From an uncultured delta proteobacterium (lineage in GTDB: Bacteria > Myxococcota_A > Polyangia > Haliangiales > Haliangiaceae): a DNA stretch of 64,000 nucleotides. The notes under the pieces were generated by a model, which saw only the letters and a program-made list of their open reading frames with translations, did no database searches and was not told the origin of the DNA. Below are positions 56,247-64,000 of this stretch, one piece after another; within the stretch, counting starts at the first letter, position 1, and the number at the start of each line of letters is the position of its first letter. Made by a program: the position numbers and the translations under genes. The DNA lies in the NCBI GenBank assembly GCA_963848295.1, contig CAWKDB010000010.1, forward strand, positions 1,440,001 through 1,504,000, written 5' to 3'.

Positions 56247-57749
56247 CTAGGCGCCTTTGGCCGCGGGGGCCGTCGGCTTCGCGGGCGCGGCCGGTTGCTT
56301 GGCGATCAGCTCGGCCGCCTTGCGCAGCCGCCGCCGCGTGATCTCCTTGCCGATCACCGCCATCGTCTCGAACAGCGGGGGCGATGCCTTGCGACCGGTC
56401 ACCGCGAGCCGGAGCAGCGTGAACGAGTGCTTCGTCTTCCAGCCCAGCGCCTCGGTCCACGCGCGACCGACCTGCTCGAGCATCGCGCCGTCCCAGCCGA
56501 CGTGAGCCTCGAACCGCTCGACGTAATCGAGCAGCGCCGCCGCGACCGCGCCCGGCGCGACCTCGGGCACCGCCATGTCGGCGAGCACCGGCGCGTAGTC
56601 GAGCTCGCCGGAGAACAAATACTCGGTCGCCGGGATGAACTCGTCGAGCTTCTTGATCCGCTCGCGGACGAGCGGCAGGACCTTGACGAGCTGCTCGCGA
56701 TTGAGCCGCCACTTGATCAGCTCGTCGGCGAGCTGCTCGTACGTCAGCTCGTGCAGGTACTGCTCGTTGAGCCAGGTCAGCTTCGCGAGATCGAACACCG
56801 GGCCGCCGAGCGAGATCCGATCCCACGAGAACGCCGCGATCATCTCGTCGAGCGTGAACTTCTCGCGGTCGCCGCCGAACGACCACCCCATCGTGCCGAG
56901 GAAGTTGAGCAGCGCTTGCGGCAACACGCCGATGTCCCGGTAGTAGTTGATCGAGACCGGGTGCTTGCGCTTGCTGATCTTCGTCTTGTCCTTGTCCGGG
57001 TTGCGGAGCAACGGCATGTGGATGAACTCGGGCGGGTCCCAGCCGAACGCCTTGTAGAGCAGGACGTGCTTCGGCGTCGACGAGATCCACTCCTCGGCGC
57101 GCACGACGTGCGAGATCTCCATCAGGTGATCGTCGACGACGTTCGCGAGGTGATAGGTCGGCAGGCCGTCCGACTTGATCAGCACCTGATCGTCGAGGTC
57201 CTTGGCATCGCGCGAGATGGCGCCGCGCAGCTTGTCGACGAACTCGACCGCGCCCGCGACCGGGACCTTGAGCCGGATCACGTGGGACTCGCCCGCGGCC
57301 GCACGCTTGGCGCCGTCGCCGGGAGCGAGATCACGGCAGTGGCGATCGTAGCCGAGGGTCTGCTTCGCGGCTTTTTGCACCGCGCGGACCTGCTCGAGGC
57401 GCTGCTCGGTGCAGAAGCAGCGATACGCCTCACCGCGCGCGAGCAAGATGTCGGCGTGCTCCTTGTAGATCGCGCTGCGCTCGCTCTGCCGGTACGGGGC
57501 AAACGGCCCCCCGACGTCCGGCCCTTCGTCCCACGACAGGCCGACCCAGTGCAGCGCGTCGTAGATCATCTGCTCGGAGTCGGCGCGCGCGCGCGTCTGA
57601 TCGGTATCTTCGATGCGCAGCACGAGCTTGCCGCCCTGCTGGCGCGCGAACACGTAGTCGAACAGCGCGATGTAAGCGGTGCCAACGTGCGGATCGCCGG
57701 TCGGCGATGGTGCGATCCGCACACGCACGGGCCGGACGGCTGGTGCCAT
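56247..57749 (-). CDS. gltX: Glutamate--tRNA ligase
   Basis: [35 protein letters not shown]. Confidence 0.97.
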   Translation of the reverse strand: MAPAVRPVRVRIAPSPTGDPHVGTAYIALFDYVFARQQGGKLVLRIEDTDQTRARADSEQMIYDALHWVGLSWDEGPDVGGPFAPYRQSERSAIYKEHADILLARGEAYRCFCTEQRLEQVRAVQKAAKQTLGYDRHCRDLAPGDGAKRAAAGESHVIRLKVPVAGAVEFVDKLRGAISRDAKDLDDQVLIKSDGLPTYHLANVVDDHLMEISHVVRAEEWISSTPKHVLLYKAFGWDPPEFIHMPLLRNPDKDKTKISKRKHPVSINYYRDIGVLPQALLNFLGTMGWSFGGDREKFTLDEMIAAFSWDRISLGGPVFDLAKLTWLNEQYLHELTYEQLADELIKWRLNREQLVKVLPLVRERIKKLDEFIPATEYLFSGELDYAPVLADMAVPEVAPGAVAAALLDYVERFEAHVGWDGAMLEQVGRAWTEALGWKTKHSFTLLRLAVTGRKASPPLFETMAVIGKEITRRRLRKAAELIAKQPAAPAKPTAPAAKGA

Positions 57750-57787
57750 GGTGGGACCTTGTAACATGGCGTGATAGCCTCAGGAAG

Positions 57788-58960
57788 ATGCGCAGCCTCG
57801 GGCTCGTCGCGGTCGTCGTCGCGGTCCCCTTTGGCTCCGCGAGCGCGGCGCCGATGCACGTGTCCGGTACGGTGACGAGCGCGGTCGCGCGCTGGACCGC
57901 GGACGGCAGCCGGATCGTCACCGAATCGATCGTGCACACGGTCGACGGCGACGTCGCGGTCAGTCAGCTCGGCGGCACGGTCGACGGCTTGACGATGCGG
58001 ACATTCCCGGGCCTGTACATCTTGCAGCCCGGAATGGACGTCGACGTCAGCGCGCACGGCGACGTCGACCTTTCGATGCAGCCGCACGTCGTGGTCGATG
58101 ATGTCGTCGTCAACTACACGCCGTACTTCGTGCGCACCGGCCCGACGAAGGCCGGCCACGACCTGTACTGGGAGTCGGGCTGCATCTTCGTCACGGTCGA
58201 CTCCGACGGCACCAAGGAGATCGCAGGCGACGACGAGTTTCCGATCGTCGACGCCTCGATCCAGACGTGGAACACCGACTGCGCATCGTGCTCGTACATC
58301 CAGGTCAAGAATCAGGGCAAGAGCGCGGCGCCGATGGAGGTCGGTAACGACGGCATCAACCTCATCAAGTTTCGCGACTCGTCGTGGTGCCGACCGGCGG
58401 TCGACGACGATCCCGCGCGCTGCTATCCCGACGCCGCCGCGGGCATCACGAGCGCGGTCTACATCGACGACGGCTCGAACTCGCGCGACGGTGCGATCGT
58501 CGATGCCGATATCGAGATCAACGGGGTCGACTTCGCGATCTCGGTCAACGGCACGACGCTCGGCACGCAGGCGTGCGACGCCGAGCTCCAGAACACCTTG
58601 ACCCACGAGATCGGCCACCTCCACGGCCTCGCCCACACCTGCCAGACTCCGAACGATCCGGCGAACACCGACAACGAAGGCAATCCGGTGCCGCTGTGCG
58701 GCGGCTCGCTGCCGACCGCGATCACCGAAGCGACGATGTATCCGTTCCAGGACTGCGGCGAGACCAAGAAAGAAACGCTCGAGACCGACGACACCACCGC
58801 GATCTGCGACACGTATCCGACGGCGATGGATCCTGGGACGTGCTCGCCGGTCAAGCTGCCCGGTGGCGGCTGCTGCAACGTGGGCGGGGATGGCGGCGGC
58901 CCGCTCGTGCTCGGTGGGCTCGTCGCCGCCGTGCTCGGTCGCCGCCGGCGCCGTCGTTAG
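57788..58960 (+). CDS. Matrixin-like zinc metalloprotease with MYXO-CTERM sorting signal
   Basis: HEIGHLHGLAH, ATMYP Met-turn, C-terminal GGGCC..TM..RRRRRR. Confidence 0.88.
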   Translation: MRSLGLVAVVVAVPFGSASAAPMHVSGTVTSAVARWTADGSRIVTESIVHTVDGDVAVSQLGGTVDGLTMRTFPGLYILQPGMDVDVSAHGDVDLSMQPHVVVDDVVVNYTPYFVRTGPTKAGHDLYWESGCIFVTVDSDGTKEIAGDDEFPIVDASIQTWNTDCASCSYIQVKNQGKSAAPMEVGNDGINLIKFRDSSWCRPAVDDDPARCYPDAAAGITSAVYIDDGSNSRDGAIVDADIEINGVDFAISVNGTTLGTQACDAELQNTLTHEIGHLHGLAHTCQTPNDPANTDNEGNPVPLCGGSLPTAITEATMYPFQDCGETKKETLETDDTTAICDTYPTAMDPGTCSPVKLPGGGCCNVGGDGGGPLVLGGLVAAVLGRRRRRR

Positions 58961-59745
58961 TTCCCGAGGTACGGCGCGCCGTAGATATGGAGCTCGAGCG
59001 CGAACGACTCGGCACTGTGTACGAGGTCGACGCCAGCTGAGATACCGAGCGTCACGTGCGGGCTGAGCCAGACATCGACGCCGCCGCGCGCTTCGACGAG
59101 CAGTTGATTGTCCTCGATCGAGGTGCCGCAGTTCTTGCCGGTGGCGCCGCCCGGGCAGCTCGTATAGCCGCTCGGGAGCGCGGCGAATCGATCGAGCATG
59201 CGGTTCGCGACGACGAGCGCGCCGGTCAGATCGAACATGCCGATCCGCGTGTGCACGCCCCCGATACCGCCGGCATCGAACACCGCTCCGCTCCGACTGA
59301 TGACCGACGCGTTGCCGTCGACGGTCGTCACCAGCGTCGGCGAGCTCGTCGACCCAGCGTATGCGAGCTCGAACCCGACCAGCCAGTGGCGCCCGGTCAC
59401 GCGCGACCCGGAGCGAAAGCCCATCGCCCACATCGAGCCGCGCGGCATCGAGGCATGGAACGTCGAGCTGCCCGCGGCATTGTATACCGTCCCGGCACTC
59501 GCGATCGCAGGGAGCTCGACGTGCTCGACGACGAACGCCGAGTCTGCAACCCACGGCGAGAACCCGTCGATCCAGCGATAGGCCCACCGGTCGCCGAAGC
59601 TCGAGCACCGCGCGCGGCCGACGACGCTGCTGACCTCATGGCAAGGCCCCGCCGCCGCGAGCCGAGCCGCCGCGCAGACGATCGCGACCGCGAGCACCGC
59701 GCGGCTCACGACGACCCTCGAGCCGGCATGGCGAGCGGAATCCAT
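58957..59745 (-). CDS. Hypothetical secreted/outer-membrane beta-rich protein
   Basis: Signal peptide, amphipathic beta strands. Confidence 0.55.
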   Translation of the reverse strand: MDSARHAGSRVVVSRAVLAVAIVCAAARLAAAGPCHEVSSVVGRARCSSFGDRWAYRWIDGFSPWVADSAFVVEHVELPAIASAGTVYNAAGSSTFHASMPRGSMWAMGFRSGSRVTGRHWLVGFELAYAGSTSSPTLVTTVDGNASVISRSGAVFDAGGIGGVHTRIGMFDLTGALVVANRMLDRFAALPSGYTSCPGGATGKNCGTSIEDNQLLVEARGGVDVWLSPHVTLGISAGVDLVHSAESFALELHIYGAPYLGN

Positions 59746-60326
59746 TGGTCGGCACCTTCGCGCTTCACGACGTGCCCGAGATCGACCTCCAACCTATCGA
59801 GCTCGCCGATCGAGCCGGCCATCTCCGGCAGGTGATACTCGAGGTGCTCCCAGCCTCGCGTGTTCGCGTAGATCCGCGCCGCGCCGATCTCGTGGTCCGG
59901 GTCGTACGGAATCAGCGCCACCCGTTCGCCGAAGCGATCGATGCCGGCGACGCGCAACTGCCGCAGATCGATCGGGACGCTGTGGTCGCAGCGATTGCCG
60001 AAGTCGATCTCGATGACCGGTCCTTCCGCCTCGCTCGGCCACGCGCTGCGCACGGTGACATCGATGCAGTCGAACGTGTGAACGTCGCCGTAGAGCGAGC
60101 CTGGCCGATAGGCCTCGGCGCAGCCAGCCAGTACGATCGCCCACGACGGTCGCATCGCCGTCAGCATGGACGCGGTCGATCCGACGTATTCGTGAAGATC
60201 GAATGGCGCTACATGAAGATCGAATGACTCGCCACTTGCCCCCGCCGTTGCCATCCCTCCGAGGCCGAATGCCGCGGCCGCCCGAAAACTCGACGTTTTC
60301 AGCGACGGCGTTATCCTTAACGCCAT
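59706..60326 (-). CDS. Hypothetical protein (start probably further downstream)
   Basis: LAGC lipobox-like segment mid-ORF; protein-like C-terminal two thirds. Confidence 0.45.
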   Translation of the reverse strand: MALRITPSLKTSSFRAAAAFGLGGMATAGASGESFDLHVAPFDLHEYVGSTASMLTAMRPSWAIVLAGCAEAYRPGSLYGDVHTFDCIDVTVRSAWPSEAEGPVIEIDFGNRCDHSVPIDLRQLRVAGIDRFGERVALIPYDPDHEIGAARIYANTRGWEHLEYHLPEMAGSIGELDRLEVDLGHVVKREGADQWIPLAMPARGSS

Positions 60327-60900
60327 GAGCTCCGGGCAGGCATGCCCTTCCTGCGGCGTTGCGGTCGTCCCGGGTTACGTCAAGTGTCCGAAGTGCCACG
60401 CACCGTTGCCGTTCGGCTCCGGGCGGCGGGTGCGTTTGACGATCGATCCGGGCGGCACGGCGGTCAAGACCGGCGAACGCTTCCCACTCGGCGCGATCGC
60501 GATCGCGGTGCTCGTCGGTGGTGGGATCATCGCGTTCTTCGCCCTGCGCGGCGACAAGCCGGCGACAACGACACCGCTGCCGGCCGTGGGCGATCTCGGC
60601 CCGGTGAAACCGCCGAGCGCGCCACCGCCGGTCGTGACCTCTCCGACGCCGGCGCCGAACGTCGTGCGACCCAATCCCGAAGCCGCGGCGGCCGATCTCG
60701 AGCAAGCGCTGCAAAAGCAGCGGCTGTGGTCGACCGTCACGGTCAGTAACGGCCGGGTCGAGATTCGTTCGGACTCGTGCAGCGACGCGGGGATGACCCA
60801 CGAGCTCGCCGCCGCCCACGGCGGGTTCCGCGCGGCCGGCCTCGCGAAGCTACGCTGCGTCGACCAGACCGGGCACGTCGTGTTCGAGCACGATCTGTAG
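60325..60900 (+). CDS. Zinc-ribbon membrane protein
   Basis: CPSC..CPKC, one TM, Pro-rich linker. Confidence 0.7.
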   Translation: MSSGQACPSCGVAVVPGYVKCPKCHAPLPFGSGRRVRLTIDPGGTAVKTGERFPLGAIAIAVLVGGGIIAFFALRGDKPATTTPLPAVGDLGPVKPPSAPPPVVTSPTPAPNVVRPNPEAAAADLEQALQKQRLWSTVTVSNGRVEIRSDSCSDAGMTHELAAAHGGFRAAGLAKLRCVDQTGHVVFEHDL

Positions 60901-60904
60901 TAGC

Positions 60905-61150
60905 CGGCTCCGGCTCCGGCTACGGCTACGGCTACGGCTCCGGCTCCGGCTACGGCTACGGCTTCGGCTACGGCTCCGGCTACGGCTACGGCTACGGCTT
61001 CGGCTTCGGCTTCGGCTTCGGCTTCGGCTTCGGCTTCGGCTTCGGCTTCGGCTTCGGCTTCGGCTTCGGCTTCGGCTTCGGCTTCGGCTTCGGCTTCGGC
61101 TTCGGCTTCGGCTTCGGCTTCGGCTTCGGCTTCGGCTTCGGCTTCGGCAC
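60905..61150 (+). repeat. Hexamer array 1, (CGGCNN)x41
   Basis: Units CGGCTC, CGGCTA, a long CGGCTT run, ending CGGCAC; begins just after the TAG TAG of the upstream gene. Confidence 0.97.
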
Positions 61151-61195
61151 GTTTGAATCCGGCAAAGGGGCCGGACGCAACGCCGACGGCCGCGC

Positions 61196-61516
61196 TCACC
61201 GCGTGAGCCGGAACAGCATCGCGCGCACGCGATCGAGTGGCGCCTCGATCGCGGCGAAGTCGTCGGCGGTGATGTAACCGCGCGCCTTCGCGATGAGCAG
61301 CGCCGCGGACAGCTCGCGGGCGCTGCCGAAGGCGCGGCGGAACATGTCGGGCCGGTCGAGGCCGGCGCGTGCGCTCGCTTCGGCGATGTTCAACGCGATG
61401 CTCTCGGCGGCGCGGCCGATCTCGTCGGCGAGCGACTTGCGGCGCGAGCGAAGCTTCGGCTCGACCGGGGCGAGCTGTTCGAGGACGGCGAGCGACTGGG
61501 CGAGGACATCGAGCAT
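61196..61516 (-). CDS. Four-helix-bundle protein (23S rRNA IVP / Avd-like), copy 1
   Basis: 106 aa; LADEIGRAAESIALNIAE..R and A.GSARE family motifs; AAAGG RBS before ATG at 61516. Confidence 0.85.
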   Translation of the reverse strand: MLDVLAQSLAVLEQLAPVEPKLRSRRKSLADEIGRAAESIALNIAEASARAGLDRPDMFRRAFGSARELSAALLIAKARGYITADDFAAIEAPLDRVRAMLFRLTR

Positions 61517-61545
61517 GGCGTGGCCTTTCGTGGATGAGCGGACGC

Positions 61546-61732
61546 CCGATTCGCCGGGGCCGTCTCGCCCGTCGCGCCGCACTCGCGCCGGCGCCGTGAC
61601 GAGCGCGGGCACAAATCTCCGCACGCGTCGATCGATCCAACTCTGCGGCGGTCCTTCGCACGCGTCGGTGGTCCCGGCGCTCGGCACGGCGCTGGCGCGA
61701 AGCGGCGCAGGGCGACGGCCACGGCGAATCGG
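61546..61732 (-). ncRNA. Candidate structured RNA leader (long hairpin), copy 1
   Basis: CCGATTCGCCGTGGCCG-TCGCCC pairs with GGGCGA-GA-CGGCCCCGGCGAATCGG; inner helices GCGCCGC/GCGGCGC, GCGCCGTG/CACGGCGC, CGAGCGC/GCGCTCG. Confidence 0.7.
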
Positions 61733-61750
61733 AGGCCGCGAGGAGCGAAG

Positions 61751-62123
<373 letters not shown>

Positions 62124-62151
62124 CTAGAACACTCGACGCTCCTTCGCTCGC

Positions 62152-62349
62152 GCCGATGGGCGGAACGTCTCTCTCGCCCTGCGCCGCTTCGCGCTTGTCC
62201 CCCGCCGAGCGCCGAGTGCGCCGGCGTGTGAGAGCGACCGCCGCGGAGTTGGATCGACCGGCGCGTGCGGGAGGTGGTGCCCGCGCTCGTCACGGGACCC
62301 GCGCGAGTGCGGCGCGACGGGCGAGAGAGAGACGTTCCTACCCATCGGC
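62152..62349 (+). ncRNA. Candidate structured RNA leader (long hairpin), copy 2
   Basis: GCCGATGGG.GGAACGTCTCTC-TCGCCC pairs with GGGCGA-GA-GAGAGACGTTCC..CCCATCGGC; same core as copy 1. Confidence 0.7.
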
Positions 62350-62370
62350 CACTCACTTCGGAGGATCTTC

Positions 62371-62694
62371 ATGTCGTTCTACGCCCTCGACTTCGCCCTC
62401 GCCGTCCTGCACCAGCTCGCCCCTGTCGAGGCCAAGGTTCGCCGCACGCGCAAGTCACTCGCCGACGAGATCGTCCGCGCCGGCGAGAGCATCGCGCTCA
62501 ACGTCAGCGAGGGCCGCATGCGCATTGGCCTCGATCGCCCCGACTTCTATCGCCGCGCCGCCGGCAGCGCGAGCGAGCTCACGACCGCGCTGCTGATCGC
62601 GCACGCGCGCGGCATCATCTCCGCCGAGGACTTCGCCGCGATCGACCGGCCGCTCGACCACGTCCGCGCGATCCTGTGGCGGCTCACGCACTGA
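62371..62694 (+). CDS. Four-helix-bundle protein (23S rRNA IVP / Avd-like), copy 2
   Basis: 107 aa; LADEIVRAGESIALNVSEG..R, A.GSASE; GGAGG RBS; about 71/107 identical to copy 1 by hand alignment. Confidence 0.87.
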   Translation: MSFYALDFALAVLHQLAPVEAKVRRTRKSLADEIVRAGESIALNVSEGRMRIGLDRPDFYRRAAGSASELTTALLIAHARGIISAEDFAAIDRPLDHVRAILWRLTH

Positions 62695-62877
62695 GCGTTC
62701 GCGCCGGCTTCCGCGCCGGCGAACTGATTTCGGCCACCCTTCGCGCAAAGCACACGACGGTGCGGAGCGCCCGGCCGCGCCAGGTGTAAGCGGGGTGTCA
62801 GCAAGAGAACGTCGCCTCGTAAACGGCAGGATCCCGACAAATGTGACAGCGATGTCTTGAGCACCTCCAGTTCCCTT

Positions 62878-63330
<453 letters not shown>

Positions 63331-63342
63331 GCCGCGAAGGTG

Positions 63343-63927
63343 CTACGGCGCGATCGCTGGCGCGCCCGGCGGCGGCGCGCCAGCGACGTAACCTTCGAGC
63401 TGGAGCTCGGACAACACGCCGTGCACGACGTCGGCCTCGTTGCGGCCGGAGAAGTACGTGTCGCGGAACGGCGTCAAGACGCTGAGCTGGGCGCATGGCA
63501 GTTGAACATCGGCGTCGGTGGTGCACGGCTCCTGGCCGTTGAGCGTGGGCTTGCCGACCAGCGCGATCCTCGAAGCTTGCGGGCCGGTCGGCGTGATCCA
63601 GGCATAGACGACCGAGCCGACATCGCGAGCGCCAATCGCGGCGTCGTCGTCCTTGTCGGCGGCGAGCGGACGGTTGGTCTTCGAGAACTTCAGCACGAGC
63701 TCGCCGGCGGGTGAATTGGCGTGCTGATCGAGCATCGCGTAGCCGCGCGTCTCGAGCAGGCGGACGACCTCGCGCGCGGAGTCGGCGATCGAGTGCGCGA
63801 GCTCGGCCCGTGAATTCTGGGGGCCGAGGTACGTCCAGCTCGACGCGAACTTGCTGGTCTCGTCGACGCAGGCAGTTAGACAAACGGCCAGAGCCAGGGT
63901 CGCGACGGTGGCGATGGATTTCCGCAT
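63343..63927 (-). CDS. Hypothetical lipoprotein
   Basis: Lipobox LTAC, globular composition. Confidence 0.7.
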   Translation of the reverse strand: MRKSIATVATLALAVCLTACVDETSKFASSWTYLGPQNSRAELAHSIADSAREVVRLLETRGYAMLDQHANSPAGELVLKFSKTNRPLAADKDDDAAIGARDVGSVVYAWITPTGPQASRIALVGKPTLNGQEPCTTDADVQLPCAQLSVLTPFRDTYFSGRNEADVVHGVLSELQLEGYVAGAPPPGAPAIAP

Positions 63928-64000
63928 GCCGGTACGATGCGTCGTCGATACGCGCGGGTTAGTTAACGGCGCGTTGAGCAGTGTGAAGCGCGTGAATGGG

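Overview
High-GC, densely coding bacterial window that looks myxobacterial (MYXO-CTERM protein, CarD/CdnL, many Cys/Gly-rich lipoproteins, a eukaryotic-type Ser/Thr kinase); the taxon is an inference. Most of it is housekeeping and lipid/envelope metabolism: glnS-YqeY, ttcA, asnS, gltX, a FadL/S1P-lyase-like/MlrC operon, a desaturase with a two-component pair, an MMPL transporter, an alkyl-DHAP-synthase-like pair, a GH31, and a partial complex I cluster (nuoABCD-G-H-I) with four apparent frameshifts and a lipoprotein/cupredoxin-like domain fused to NuoH. The standout region is 60.9-63.3 kb. Two head-to-head copies of a module each consist of a ~190-nt long hairpin followed by a ~106-aa four-helix-bundle (23S-IVP/Avd-like) gene. 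The hairpin cores are nearly identical while their outer stems differ in sequence but still pair. The modules are embedded among three (CGGCNN)n hexamer arrays that all have the same strand polarity. This is a candidate undescribed ncRNA + Avd-like protein + tandem-repeat element. No reverse transcriptase or transposase was seen in the window.
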